Shown here: piece by piece, positions 21,612 to 32,577 of the stretch
Layout: each line of letters starts with the position of its first letter
Position numbering within the stretch: position 1 is the first letter of the stretch
Source of the DNA: Bdellovibrionales bacterium
GTDB taxonomy: Bacteria > Bdellovibrionota > Bdellovibrionia > Bdellovibrionales > JAUICD01
Reading direction: 5' to 3'
Assembly: GCA_965197425.1 (NCBI GenBank)
Contig: CBDANC010000014.1
Span: 256,001 to 320,000 of the forward strand
Length of the DNA: 64,000 bases
Position numbers and translations under genes: made by a program
The notes under the pieces: model-generated
The model's database searches: none
Seen by the model: the letters and a program-made list of their open reading frames with translations, nothing else
Told to the model about the DNA's origin: nothing

Positions 21612-22286
21612 TCAACCTCCTGTGTTGTCTTTTACTTTTTTTTGTACGGAAAATTTCTTTTGATAATGATACACTACACAAAATTCTTTTAAAGCATCCA
21701 GACTACTTAAAATATATTTTACTTTTTTTTGAAAAATATTGAAGGCAATAACCGCAGGTATTGCAACAAATAATCCTACTGCAGTTGCTACTAAGGCTTC
21801 TGCTATTCCACTCATAACTGCTTGAGTACTAGACATTGATCCTTCTGCTTGTGCCAAACCTAAATCCTTAAAAGCCTTCATAATTCCCAACACTGTACCC
21901 AAAAGACCAATAAAAGGTGCGTTGGATCCTATGGTTGCAAGTGCAGACAAACCTCTTTCAAAAATAGACTTATTGGTCAATATAAATGAATCAAAGGCTT
22001 CCCTTATCCCGTCTGGATTTATCTGATCACTAAGAACAATATTGAGTGCTTTTGAATGAAGTGTGTCTTCTGATTTTAAAGAATCTAAAACATCAAAACT
22101 TTTATAGCGAAGTATGTCTCTAATTCTTTCATTCATCCTTTCGCTGTCTTTCCTTAAACTTCGTAGTGTCATTACTCTCTCAATCATGACAGCTACACTG
22201 TAAATGGACATAACTATTAGCAAATACAGGATTGCCTCCGCACCTCCATTTGCTACTACAAAAAATTTTTCAGTAAGATTAAACAT
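21612..22286 (-). CDS. exbB: MotA/TolQ/ExbB proton channel
   Basis: APFIGLLGTV.GIM and GIAEALVATAVGL.VAIPA. Confidence 0.9.
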   Translation of the reverse strand: MFNLTEKFFVVANGGAEAILYLLIVMSIYSVAVMIERVMTLRSLRKDSERMNERIRDILRYKSFDVLDSLKSEDTLHSKALNIVLSDQINPDGIREAFDSFILTNKSIFERGLSALATIGSNAPFIGLLGTVLGIMKAFKDLGLAQAEGSMSSTQAVMSGIAEALVATAVGLFVAIPAVIAFNIFQKKVKYILSSLDALKEFCVVYHYQKKFSVQKKVKDNTGG

Positions 22287-22375
22287 GAAAGCTATAGACT
22301 CCTGAACCCAAAAATAACATAGTTTAATTTAAGAATGTACAGTTTAAATCTTAAATATATTAAGCTAAACTAAAG

Positions 22376-24148
22376 ATGCATTTGAAGATTTTAAAATACA
22401 TACTATTAACTATATTGCTGACTCAGTCTTCATGTGTGTTTATAAACAAAACCCCATATCCTTCTGTGCTTATAATTGCAATTGACTCTCTAAAACATGA
22501 CGACATCTCATGTTCAAGCGTAGATGAAACTAGGCTTTTGTACGGGTTTTATGGATTATGCCAAAACTCATTTAAATTTAACAATGCTATTACAACTAGT
22601 GTGTTATCCGCTCCTGCAATGGCATCTATATTGACAGCTATGTACCCTTATAAACATGGACTAATCCACAACGGAAATCAATTTTTGTCAGCAGAAGTTG
22701 AAACCATACCAGAGCTTTTGATTTCAAAAGGAATCAAAACTAGTTTTTTTTCAGGAGGAGCTCCTATTTGGAGAAAGTTAGGGTTAGCTCAGGGATTTGA
22801 AGTATTTAATGATTACATATCTATTAGCAACGACAGAGTGTTCAGAAAAGCATCTGAAAATGTAAGTCTTTTTCTTTCATGGCTACAAAACATTAACACA
22901 AGCTTTTTTTCTGTACTCTATTTTCCTGATCTACAATTTCCTGATAATTTTAATCAAGCAAGAGAAGAGCATATAGCTTATAGATTGGAAGAAATTGACG
23001 AAGCCTTAGGAAATTTACAAAAAAACTTACAGGAGTTAAACAGATGGAATAACACAATTGTTATACTAGTTGGACTAAACGGTAGAACAAAACTAAAACG
23101 ACCAAATGAACTAGAGCCACTCAAACTTTTTGTTGATAATTTTAAAGTGGCTCTTTTTGTAAAGCCACAATCCAAAAGAAAAGATCGGGGAGTAAATATA
23201 TATGTAGAAGATAATGTAAATCTCATTGATTTAGGAAGTTATATTCTACAAGCTTACAATATCACCAATACAAGAGAAGAGCTATTTCATGAACCAATAG
23301 ACATAAAAAAAATGTTTGATAATAAAACCATACACCCAACAAAAAAAAGAAAACTTCTAATAGAATCTGCTTGGGGATATTGGAAGTTAGATGGAAAAAC
23401 AAGATTTGGACTATTAGAGCAAGAAAAACTAACCCTAAACCAATCTAAAAATTCACAATATGATATTTGGATAGATCGAATGCAAAGATCACCAGTGGAT
23501 AGTGAAAGGTATGAAAGTTATAAAGCTTTAAAGTCTGATTTGGATATGTTTTTGTCAAGCAATGGGCTAGAACAATTTGTATATCCTGATAACAACATAA
23601 TTCAAAAATATATGATTGCCTCTGAAATTTTTAAAGATGGGAAAATACTATCAGAACTTGAAGCATATTCCTATGGCAATCCAGAAGACATTGAGGCTAA
23701 AAATTGGATAGCTTATTGGGCACTAAAACTAAAAAACTGGGAGCTTCTTTTAAGAATGTCTAAAGAGCTTAAACAACCAATATGGCATCATGTGGCTTTA
23801 ACACATTTAAATAGACCGACTAACATTGAAGATCCTTGTTGGGATTTATTAAATTCAGAAAGACAAACAGAGACCAGCTGTAAGGACATAAAGTTTTCAA
23901 ACTTTGCTTTTTGGATCAAACATGATAAACAAAAATCAACATTAGCCACATATTACAAAAGTATCTTTATAAAGATGTACAAAAAACATATTATTCATGA
24001 GAAAATTGCAAGGCTTAATTGGTATAACTATAATATATGGAATGTAGAAAGCACAGGGTACTTAAGACCTTTTTTAGTTGATCTGGTACTTTCACTGCCA
24101 GAGTATAGAGAATATAGATTGCAAATTTTAGATCACTTAAAACCCTAA
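22376..24148 (+). CDS. Sulfatase-like hydrolase/transferase lipoprotein
   Basis: IAIDSL, SAPAMASILTAMYP..HG, GFEVF; Ser at the nucleophile position. Confidence 0.7.
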   Translation: MHLKILKYILLTILLTQSSCVFINKTPYPSVLIIAIDSLKHDDISCSSVDETRLLYGFYGLCQNSFKFNNAITTSVLSAPAMASILTAMYPYKHGLIHNGNQFLSAEVETIPELLISKGIKTSFFSGGAPIWRKLGLAQGFEVFNDYISISNDRVFRKASENVSLFLSWLQNINTSFFSVLYFPDLQFPDNFNQAREEHIAYRLEEIDEALGNLQKNLQELNRWNNTIVILVGLNGRTKLKRPNELEPLKLFVDNFKVALFVKPQSKRKDRGVNIYVEDNVNLIDLGSYILQAYNITNTREELFHEPIDIKKMFDNKTIHPTKKRKLLIESAWGYWKLDGKTRFGLLEQEKLTLNQSKNSQYDIWIDRMQRSPVDSERYESYKALKSDLDMFLSSNGLEQFVYPDNNIIQKYMIASEIFKDGKILSELEAYSYGNPEDIEAKNWIAYWALKLKNWELLLRMSKELKQPIWHHVALTHLNRPTNIEDPCWDLLNSERQTETSCKDIKFSNFAFWIKHDKQKSTLATYYKSIFIKMYKKHIIHEKIARLNWYNYNIWNVESTGYLRPFLVDLVLSLPEYREYRLQILDHLKP

Positions 24149-24237
24149 AGGTCTTCCGAACGAGGCAAAAAATAAGGAGGCTTCGCCTACTTTTTTTTGA
24201 CGAGTGGTTGTTCCCTGGTAGACCTCACAGCTGATCC
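24146..24237 (-). repeat. Dispersed repeat M2 (short form); its end overlaps the sulfatase TAA
   Basis: Reverse complement reads ggatcag...caaccactcg-aaaa-hairpin-tttt-gcctcgttcggaagaccttta. Confidence 0.8.
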
Positions 24238-24252
24238 ATCCTTACATAGCAA

Positions 24253-24927
24253 TCAAAATTCAACTACTCCAAGCCAAAAAGGATTTTCACCATCTGAAGA
24301 TAAAATTTTACTAGCATTATCCAAGGTAACCTTTGAAAGGTCTAAATCCATTAGTTGTGGATCAAAATAATTTCCCAACAATAAAATTAATTTATCATTT
24401 GAAATCCCTTTAATACTACCTGGAATTACATATTCATTAGCATTTAATCCAACCAATTCCAATGGAAGTGGTACTGTCTTATCTTTATTTTGGGATTGTA
24501 CAGATAGAGGAACACATGTTTGGAGTGGAAAAGATCTGTCGTCTTTATAAAGAATTAAACAAAATCCTTTTGTTGAAAACCAGATAAGCTCATTTTTAGA
24601 TCTCGCCATGACAAATGTTTCCACTCCACAGCTATATTCATTTTCATTGAATTCTGAATATATTCTTTGTGAGGCTAAAATTATTGACATTCTTATGTTG
24701 TTTGCCTCCGTAGATAAAGTAGGAATACGAGGAAAAGGGCTGGTAGCACCACTGTCTGCACAAGCTCCCCCGTAATAGTCTACAACAGAATTTATAAAAG
24801 CTTCAGATGCTCCGTTATCACCCCAAACATTACTAACAATAATTAAATTTAACTTCTCATCTAAAAAGACTGTTGGCTTTGGAAGCTTTACTTTATTTCC
24901 TATAAAAGATCGATATTCTATTTTCAT
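24253..24927 (-). CDS. Hypothetical protein, possibly a degenerate PP2C-like fold
   Basis: Last gene of the FHA operon; alpha/beta pattern with TSPF..LS..AN.IR. Confidence 0.5.
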   Translation of the reverse strand: MKIEYRSFIGNKVKLPKPTVFLDEKLNLIIVSNVWGDNGASEAFINSVVDYYGGACADSGATSPFPRIPTLSTEANNIRMSIILASQRIYSEFNENEYSCGVETFVMARSKNELIWFSTKGFCLILYKDDRSFPLQTCVPLSVQSQNKDKTVPLPLELVGLNANEYVIPGSIKGISNDKLILLLGNYFDPQLMDLDLSKVTLDNASKILSSDGENPFWLGVVEF

Positions 24928-26900
24928 AAACCATATTTTTTTAATTTTATTTTAGCTTTTTTCATATACTCACCATCGGGTATATCCATTGTTGTAATTT
25001 GTTTCCACTTGCCTTTAGCCGATTCTAAATTGCCCATATTCTCTTCCAAAATAGCATCTTGAAATAGTGCTCTGGTTTTCTTTCGCAACTCTGCAGTATA
25101 ACTTGTTATCTTTTCTCTGGATTCTTGATGATTTGGATCTAGATATAAATTCTTTCTTAGATTCAAAATAGCTCTTTTGTAATTTCCTGTCCTTGCGCTA
25201 CTATTTGCATTTCTAATATTGGCCTTAATTGTATTACCAATCGAAGATTTTATTTTAGATATTTCTACTTTTGATTTTGCTTTAAGATTTTTAGGATCTA
25301 AGTAGCTAGAATTTATATGCTTATTATAGGCATCTATAGCATCTAACAATCTGTTTCTTGAATGCAAGTTTTTTGCTTTCTTATATAAATTTTCACCCAT
25401 TCTTATACTTACAGCCCGTCTGTTTCTAGAAGCCTCTTGAGATTTTTTATCAGCAATATTTTTGTCTACCTTCTGAAGAATAATCTGCATTCTTGCATTG
25501 TCAGGATCGATAGACGCTACTTCTTCTAGACAACTTTGAACCCCTGATTTATTCAATGACCCCTCAGATAATTTTTCACATCTAACTAAAATAGACTCAA
25601 CTTTCTGTTTAAGCATATTTTGTTCTTTTTCCATTTTGACGATTTCTTCTTGTTGCTTCAAGGTTTCAATAGCGCTCAAACTTAAATTTTCAATCATTTT
25701 AGAATCTTTATAGCCAGGAATCAAATCGTGTATTTTTTGGATCTCTGAAAGAGCAATATTATACTTACTATCCTTATACATCTTATTGGCCAGTGCGTAG
25801 CTATTTATAACAAGCTGTTTTTGCATATCAGTCAGTATATCGAATGGAGTCTTGGTAACTTGACTCTGATTTACAGCTGCAACAGATCTATCTTGAGTTT
25901 TTGATTTTTCTTCACCTTCCATCAAATAGAACACCACTATTAATATGATAACTGAAGCAACAATTAATACTTTTTTATTTTGTTTAGGTTTTTGCACTGG
26001 AATTCTCACAGCTCCGCCTGCCCCTGATCCATCTGAATATTCATCCATAAAATCAGAAGAACCCGGTGCAATAGCTACAAGCTGCTTTTCAATGTTTGAA
26101 TCTTTAAGCTCGAATTGAATGTTTAAAAATTTAACTCTAATCAAACTTCCAGAAACTAATTCAACTTCCCTATTGGGAGTTAAATTTACCCCATTTACAT
26201 TAGTTCCATGAGAACTATTAAGATCAGTTATGTAGTATTTTGAATTATCCTTTCTAACTTCAAAATGCTGATTGTTTAAATATTGAGAATTTATCTTTAC
26301 ATCACAATTATCTGTTTTCCCAAATATCCATTTGTCGCCATCAAGCTCAACAGTCTTTTTTATCTCTCCAATACTTATGGTTATAAATGGTTTTATACTG
26401 AAAGAATCCAACTCTAGTTCTTGCGTGACTTCTTCTTTTGACTCCTCTTCTTGATAAAGCTCTTCTTCTTGACAAGATTCTTTCGTATGCTGTTCTTGTG
26501 ATTCTAAAACAGGCTCATTATTTTCATCTTCGCATAAAGATTTTTCTTCATCTAAAGGTAATTCAGATTCTATAGACGACTCCGTCATGACACTTTCGTT
26601 GGAGGTACTTGCTTCAACTATAAGTTTATATTTGTTTAAGTTAATTTCATAATTTGATTCAGGAATAATAACTTCTTTAACCGTATTTCCTTCATCATCT
26701 TCTAGGCAATCAAACCTAGACTTACAAACAACTTTCCAAGATCCATCTTCAAAAGAAAAAACTAGGTGTTCTCTTGAAATGGAATTTTCATCTATAACCA
26801 TATTACAAGATTCTTGTCTTCCAACGGATATAGACTCATCTTCAGTCATATCAACTGATTTTAAGAGTTTGTTTTTTAAATATAAGCTTAGCTTTCTCAC
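24924..26900 (-). CDS. Double-FHA, TM and TPR domain protein
   Basis: VGR..SREH, second FHA with DLNSSHGT.VNG, one TM, C-terminal TPR-like helices. Confidence 0.85.
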   Translation of the reverse strand: MRKLSLYLKNKLLKSVDMTEDESISVGRQESCNMVIDENSISREHLVFSFEDGSWKVVCKSRFDCLEDDEGNTVKEVIIPESNYEINLNKYKLIVEASTSNESVMTESSIESELPLDEEKSLCEDENNEPVLESQEQHTKESCQEEELYQEEESKEEVTQELELDSFSIKPFITISIGEIKKTVELDGDKWIFGKTDNCDVKINSQYLNNQHFEVRKDNSKYYITDLNSSHGTNVNGVNLTPNREVELVSGSLIRVKFLNIQFELKDSNIEKQLVAIAPGSSDFMDEYSDGSGAGGAVRIPVQKPKQNKKVLIVASVIILIVVFYLMEGEEKSKTQDRSVAAVNQSQVTKTPFDILTDMQKQLVINSYALANKMYKDSKYNIALSEIQKIHDLIPGYKDSKMIENLSLSAIETLKQQEEIVKMEKEQNMLKQKVESILVRCEKLSEGSLNKSGVQSCLEEVASIDPDNARMQIILQKVDKNIADKKSQEASRNRRAVSIRMGENLYKKAKNLHSRNRLLDAIDAYNKHINSSYLDPKNLKAKSKVEISKIKSSIGNTIKANIRNANSSARTGNYKRAILNLRKNLYLDPNHQESREKITSYTAELRKKTRALFQDAILEENMGNLESAKGKWKQITTMDIPDGEYMKKAKIKLKKYGL

Positions 26901-27794
26901 CTAAAACTCTCCCTGGGCTCTTAGCAATAGATTTATCTCTTCTAATCTTGTTCTAGCTTCTTTTGCAAGAGCTCTATTGTTGTTACCAGTCAATATCAAT
27001 ATTTGTCTATATGCAGATATGGCTCTACTATATTGTCCTTTTTCGTAATAATCATTTGCTTCAGAAAGCGTAGACTGTATCAAATAATCAAGCTTTGTTC
27101 TAGACTGCATTAAATATCTTTTTGCTAGCACATGATTTGGAAACAATGCCAACGCACCATTAAAATAATCTATTGATCTTACAAAATTCTGCTCTCTATA
27201 ATCTCTAAAGCCTTGAATAAATAAAGCCTGCGCTTCTTTATATTCCAGAGTATTCTTTTTGGTTTTAACCAATGATCTATAATGTTCTGAAGCTCTCTCT
27301 TCTATCGAAGCTAATCCTCTTTCGCTTTCATCTATCACATTGGTACTAGTGATAGCAGTACTTTTATCTTCTCCAGATAATAAAAGATAAAAGAGCCCTG
27401 CTATCACAAAAATCACAGTATAGAACATTGCCTTTGAGTTGCCTTTTCTATTAGGCATAGAAATGCCTTTATAGCCTGCTATATTAGATGTTTTGCTTAA
27501 GGCAGATTTGTTAACAAGTTTAAGGTTGGTGTTTCCCAGTTGAATTATAGACTCTGGTTCTAATATAGCATGGCTAGTATCTACACCATTTACTACAATT
27601 TTATTTGCTGGACTTATTTTTTTTATATTAACGCTTCCAGGCTTTATATTTAAAATTGCGTGTTTTCTGGAAACCTTCACATCATTTAATATGATGTCAT
27701 TAAATTTAGCTCTTCCAATTAACACAGAACTAGAGACAAGTTTGTACTCAACTCCTTTATCTTTTCCATTCATTATTTTGATAAAGTAACTCAC
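26901..27794 (-). CDS. FHA-TM-TPR protein
   Basis: IGR..DI...VSRKHA, TM, TPR-like C-terminus. Confidence 0.85.
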   Translation of the reverse strand: MSYFIKIMNGKDKGVEYKLVSSSVLIGRAKFNDIILNDVKVSRKHAILNIKPGSVNIKKISPANKIVVNGVDTSHAILEPESIIQLGNTNLKLVNKSALSKTSNIAGYKGISMPNRKGNSKAMFYTVIFVIAGLFYLLLSGEDKSTAITSTNVIDESERGLASIEERASEHYRSLVKTKKNTLEYKEAQALFIQGFRDYREQNFVRSIDYFNGALALFPNHVLAKRYLMQSRTKLDYLIQSTLSEANDYYEKGQYSRAISAYRQILILTGNNNRALAKEARTRLEEINLLLRAQGEF

Positions 27795-29332
27795 AAGCTT
27801 TCCTCAAATTCTTTACTTATAGTAATAACAAAATATTTAATTGCCTCAGTTCCACCTATAGCAACTATCTTAATGTTATATTCTATAGAACTAAATTCTA
27901 ACTTATTATTAAATATCTGTTCAGGAGATTCTTCAGATTGACTTATTAAATCCTTAACATTCAACAAAAGCGACTGATCATTAATCTCATCAATACTTTG
28001 ATTTACCAAAATGCCATCATTTGCACCTATCAGATTTTCACAAGTTTGATTTATAGCAACAATAACACGGCTGTTGTCTATAATCATCGTTGGCGTTTCT
28101 GTGGAGTTAACCAAATTATTTGCCTCATCTACTGGTAATAAACTAAATGATTGACCTACATCTTTATCTTCTTCGCTAATTCTAGAAAGGGAAGAATTAA
28201 TGTTGGTGATCAATTTTTGTAGAATTGGAAAGTTGAAGTTATGCGAAACTTGTTTTTCACCATCTTTAAGAGCGCGATCTAACTGTTGATTTATATCAAC
28301 AATTGGCTTTTCTACAAGGCTCATCAACATGACAAATAATACAAAACCAAGAACTATTGCAAAAGCTAGTACTTGAACTACAAGCCTTATTACATCATCC
28401 ATTTGAAAAACCTTTCTTCCCATATCATAGATAATAATTGCAAAAGAGCTGACAGACAGAGTTCCTGTATTAGGGTTCAGCTGTTGTACTGGTATACTCA
28501 CGCCTATTGTGGAGCTGTTTAGCACTTCTAATGTTGAGCTATTATTCCTTCTTGCTTTGTGAACAAAAGGAAGATCAGGATCAGTTCCACTGAGTTTACT
28601 TGGTGCTATTACATGACCATCAGTTGCGCTAATAATAAGAGCTTCTTTTACACCTTCAGATCTTGTTTCTTCTATGGAAAAAGAATTTTGTAGCCCCTTG
28701 GAACTAGCATTTTTAAACCTATTTGCTAATCGCTGTCCAATGTCATTAGCTCTAAGCAAACTTTCTTGTTGAATACGTTCTTTGGATATGTTGATCATTG
28801 GTATTGCAGACAAAACTGTTACCATAACAACATAACAAGCTATAAAACATCCAATCACCCACTTAAATTCTCCCCACTCAGCAATTTTGTAAATTCCCTG
28901 CATAAAAATGTTTTCTAAAGATGCCTTTAAACCGGTTGGCTTTAGTGTTGAGGATTCCTTTGATTCAAAATTTTCATCATTTGAAAATTCTTCAGAGTAA
29001 GATTGATTTGGCATTTCATTTGATATTTGACTATCTTGTCTAATTGGGGTTCTGGCAAATTCTAAAACGGTTTGATGAACTGATATCTTATCCCCAGCTT
29101 TTATATTGGATCGTTTTATTAAAACTCCATTTACGAAAGTACCATTTCTAGAGCCTAGATCTGCTATGAAAGCTGTATCAGATTTTACAACTACCTGGAA
29201 ATGTTTCCTGGACATCGATTTTGATTGAATTTGTATATCACTATCCTGCCCACGGCCCACTGTATTTGCTCCTTCTTTTAAAGCAAAACGCTCTCCTAAG
29301 TTTGGACCACTTATAATTTTAATTTCCCACAT
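27791..29332 (-). CDS. FHA domain membrane protein with periplasmic domain and PAS-like C-terminus
   Basis: VGRG..MSRKH..DLGSRNGTFVNG, two TMs. Confidence 0.85.
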   Translation of the reverse strand: MWEIKIISGPNLGERFALKEGANTVGRGQDSDIQIQSKSMSRKHFQVVVKSDTAFIADLGSRNGTFVNGVLIKRSNIKAGDKISVHQTVLEFARTPIRQDSQISNEMPNQSYSEEFSNDENFESKESSTLKPTGLKASLENIFMQGIYKIAEWGEFKWVIGCFIACYVVMVTVLSAIPMINISKERIQQESLLRANDIGQRLANRFKNASSKGLQNSFSIEETRSEGVKEALIISATDGHVIAPSKLSGTDPDLPFVHKARRNNSSTLEVLNSSTIGVSIPVQQLNPNTGTLSVSSFAIIIYDMGRKVFQMDDVIRLVVQVLAFAIVLGFVLFVMLMSLVEKPIVDINQQLDRALKDGEKQVSHNFNFPILQKLITNINSSLSRISEEDKDVGQSFSLLPVDEANNLVNSTETPTMIIDNSRVIVAINQTCENLIGANDGILVNQSIDEINDQSLLLNVKDLISQSEESPEQIFNNKLEFSSIEYNIKIVAIGGTEAIKYFVITISKEFEESL

Positions 29333-29651
29333 AGAGCTTATCTCCAACAGAAATCTTATCAGACATTCCTACATTCATTTCAAAAACGGATGAAGTCCCT
29401 ATGATTGGCCACACAACACGCCAAGGTTTTAAATTTTTATGAATTTTTTTAACCAAAAGAAAGTCATTTACGAATACTACATCTATGGGAATTCTCATAA
29501 AAAATGTATGGATACTATTGCACTTTTGAATCCATAAAATAAAATCCAGTTTGTTAATTCCTAAAAGCCCTCTAACTCTGGATTTTAAATTACTAGCTTC
29601 AACTAGTTTTTCTGTTATGACTAAATTGGTATTTAAGTTTTTTAAAGTCAT
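29319..29651 (-). CDS. DUF192 family protein
   Basis: R.RGLLG, SIHTFFMRIPIDVVF, LKPWR, V.E..G. Confidence 0.85.
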   Translation of the reverse strand: MTLKNLNTNLVITEKLVEASNLKSRVRGLLGINKLDFILWIQKCNSIHTFFMRIPIDVVFVNDFLLVKKIHKNLKPWRVVWPIIGTSSVFEMNVGMSDKISVGDKLYVGN

Positions 29652-29654
29652 CTT

Positions 29655-30554
29655 CTATCCGCCACCAGAAATAAATTGCAGAATAACAGGGCCAAATACC
29701 ATAATAAATACAGCTGGTAAGATAAACATCATAAGAGGTAAAAGTATTAGCTGAGATGCTCTAGCACCTGCTTTCTCTGCTCTAAGAAGTCGCTCAAGTC
29801 TCATTTGAATGGATTGTTGCTTTAAAACTTCACCAACACTGGAACCACTTGCTTCTGCATCAACTACAACAACCACAAAACTTGTAACCTCTGAAATGTT
29901 TAACCTATCTGCCATCGCTCTTAAAGCTTCCGAACGCGAAGAACCTATTTTTATATCTTTTAAAACTACACGCAGTTCATCAGCTAAAACTGAGTTTTCT
30001 GCCTTATCTACAACCCTTTCAATTGCAGTTATAAAATCCATACCTGCTGCTTGAGTTGAAAGTGCCAAGAGATCTATGAAAAAAGGAAGGTCATTTATTA
30101 TTTGTTTAGCCTTTTTCTTTTTAGCAGAGTCAACATGTAACTTGGGAAAATAAAATCCAAGAAGCCCTAATCCCATTATCACCACAGGGCTATATCCAAG
30201 CTCTAAAGTAAAGTTAAGAAGCACCAAAAGCATGGGAAACAATAGTCCCCATAGTATTTGCATTCCTATAAATTCATCTTCATTTAATTCCCCAGATAGT
30301 CCTGCAGACATTATATTTTTTTTAATGCTTTGACGGTATTTTTTAAGCTCTACCTTTTTTACCAACGAAAGACAAAACTTATGAACTATTGGACGAGATA
30401 TTTCTATAAACTTAGACTTGGATTTATCGGGTTCATCTCCACTTGTCCAGGACAGATCATCTACACTACCATCACCTGAAATAAACACATTAGATATGAG
30501 ATAGATGCTAAGGCCTATCATTAACAGACCACCTAGCAGCATTAACTCTCCCAC
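29655..30554 (-). CDS. tadC: Flp pilus assembly platform TadC (T2SSF family)
   Basis: LPFFIDLLAL..AG.DF..A, G.SR.EAL, R..RAEKAG, PLMMFILPA. Confidence 0.88.
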   Translation of the reverse strand: MGELMLLGGLLMIGLSIYLISNVFISGDGSVDDLSWTSGDEPDKSKSKFIEISRPIVHKFCLSLVKKVELKKYRQSIKKNIMSAGLSGELNEDEFIGMQILWGLLFPMLLVLLNFTLELGYSPVVIMGLGLLGFYFPKLHVDSAKKKKAKQIINDLPFFIDLLALSTQAAGMDFITAIERVVDKAENSVLADELRVVLKDIKIGSSRSEALRAMADRLNISEVTSFVVVVVDAEASGSSVGEVLKQQSIQMRLERLLRAEKAGARASQLILLPLMMFILPAVFIMVFGPVILQFISGGG

Positions 30555-30614
30555 TTTAATCCCCCACCTTAGAAATCAAAAATAACTTTAAAAATACACA
30601 CCTATATCGCAATC

Positions 30615-30642
30615 TGATCGGATTTTTAGACCAAAATCATAA
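30615..30642 (-). promoter_or_regulatory. Putative sigma28-type promoter of the tadC-FHA operon
   Basis: TTATG-N15-TCCGATCA. Confidence 0.4.
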
Positions 30643-30742
30643 GCAATTTTAGCTCTTAACCTAGACTTTTGTATTAAGGGTAAGCTTGTAATTTTAGAGT
30701 ATAATTAAATTGTTAGCTTAAGGGTGTTGTTTTGATAGTTGT

Positions 30743-31402
30743 TTATGATCCCAAATAGGTCAATGTGAATGTATCTACAAAGTGATTTTTTTGATCTAAC
30801 ACTTGAATGACTATTTCGCTTTCGGGTCTTAAAGACTCCTCAATTCTCATGTTAGTTCCGAAGTAAAAAAAGCTCTCAATGTCAGGGTTTGCCGAGTATA
30901 AAAATCCAATTTTAGAGTTTCTAATTACTTCTACACCGTCGATTGTCATTACATATTCTATATAATAATCATTATAATCTAAAATATTATTAGGTCGATT
31001 ACGACGAGATGTCTGTATTAGAAACTGATCTCCCAATGGTACTGTGGTGATTTTTTCACACACTTCTTCTTCAGTTAAGTGAGAGTAACCTCTGTACTGA
31101 GGAACCAAATAGCTCATTATTGTAGGAGAACGATCCTTTATAAATGAAATCATAAGGTTTAGAGATTCACAGCTTTGTTGAGAGCTACTATCACCAGGAA
31201 GTTCTGAGTTAATTATATCTACCCATTCAGACACTATTTCTGGAGTAAAGTACTTAATCCTTGTTTTTCCATCCACACCGGTAGCCTCTTTGTGGCTCAA
31301 CAAGAAAGTTTATCCTACATCGTTGTAGGGAATGTAAAAGAAGTCTCTATAGTCACAACCTACTAAGATAAATAGACATAACAAAAAAATTATCTTTTTC
31401 AT
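30743..31402 (-). pseudogene. Lipoprotein gene with an in-frame TAA at 31310-31312
   Basis: MKKIIFLLCLFILVGC-DYRDFFYIPYNDVG*TFLLSHKE continues in frame into ORF 30743..31303. Confidence 0.75.
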
Positions 31403-31611
31403 GAAACCCTCAATTATGAAATTCTCTGCTATAGAATATACGGCCTGATTGTAGCATAATTGGCTATTTTAAAAATATATCAATATTATAAAACGGCCAT
31501 TTTTATAATATTTTTATTTGCTTAATGCAGGTTTTTACCTATTCCAGAGAAAGAGGGTTCCCGTCATACTTAGTGATATTCCCAAAGCCCATATTATGTT
31601 AGTTTATTTTC

Positions 31612-32577
31612 GTGTCAAACTATCTATGGCTGATAATGCCACCAGAAATTTCTCATAAACTTGCACCATATGCTCTAAAAATTTTAAGTTTTTTTAGACA
31701 AAATCAGGATTACCACTGGAACGAAACTTCCTTTAAACATCTAAAATTTAAAAATCCCTTAGGGATCGCAGGGGGGGTAGATAAGAACGCAAAAAACATA
31801 AAACATTGGCCAAAGTTTGGAACCGGATTTTTAGAAATAGGGACTATAACACTTAATCCACAAAAACAAAATCCAGGTAAAGTTTTACTTAGAAAAAATA
31901 AAAGTCTATGGAATCATCTAGGGTTTCCAAATGATGGAGCAGAAAAAATAATCAAAAGTCTAGAGCATAAACCAGACATCCCTCTGTTTGTAAACATAGG
32001 AAAAAATAGAAATACACCAAACGAAACTGCTAAATCAGAGTACAAAAAACTAGCTTATAAGTTTTTAAATTTTGCAGATGCATTTGTGATAAATGTATCA
32101 AGTCCTAACACAAAAAATTTAAGAAATTTACTAGACCCAAATCATCTAAAACTAATTCTTTTAGAAATAAAAAATGTAATCTCATCTAAAAACCCCAAAC
32201 CAATCATACTAGTCAAACTAAGCCCTGATATGGAAGATAAAGAGTTATACTCAATACTAGATATTGATATTACAGATGGATGGATACTTACAAACACAAC
32301 CTTAAGTAACTCACCTCCTTTTCCTGCTGGTTTTGGTGGAGTGTCTGGCCAAATGCTAAAATCCAAATCAATAAACATGCTAAAAAAAACCGTAACTTAC
32401 TTGGGAGATAAAAAGAAAGATAAACTAATAATATCATCAGGAGGAGTTATGTCACCTGAGGATGTGCTGGAAAGATGGAAGATAGGAGCAAATTTAGTAC
32501 AAGTTTACTCAGGTCTTGTATTTTATGGACTGAACTTTTTCAAAGATACCATGGATATCTACGAAAGCCAAAGCTAG
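31612..32577 (+). CDS. pyrD: Dihydroorotate dehydrogenase (quinone)
   Basis: AGGVDKN, NVSSPNT, VKLSPD, TNTT, GGVSG. Confidence 0.95.
   Translation: MSNYLWLIMPPEISHKLAPYALKILSFFRQNQDYHWNETSFKHLKFKNPLGIAGGVDKNAKNIKHWPKFGTGFLEIGTITLNPQKQNPGKVLLRKNKSLWNHLGFPNDGAEKIIKSLEHKPDIPLFVNIGKNRNTPNETAKSEYKKLAYKFLNFADAFVINVSSPNTKNLRNLLDPNHLKLILLEIKNVISSKNPKPIILVKLSPDMEDKELYSILDIDITDGWILTNTTLSNSPPFPAGFGGVSGQMLKSKSINMLKKTVTYLGDKKKDKLIISSGGVMSPEDVLERWKIGANLVQVYSGLVFYGLNFFKDTMDIYESQS

Noticed and set aside
31310..31312. Stop-codon reassignment
   Set aside because: A single case; TAA, TAG and TGA all terminate conserved genes normally here.
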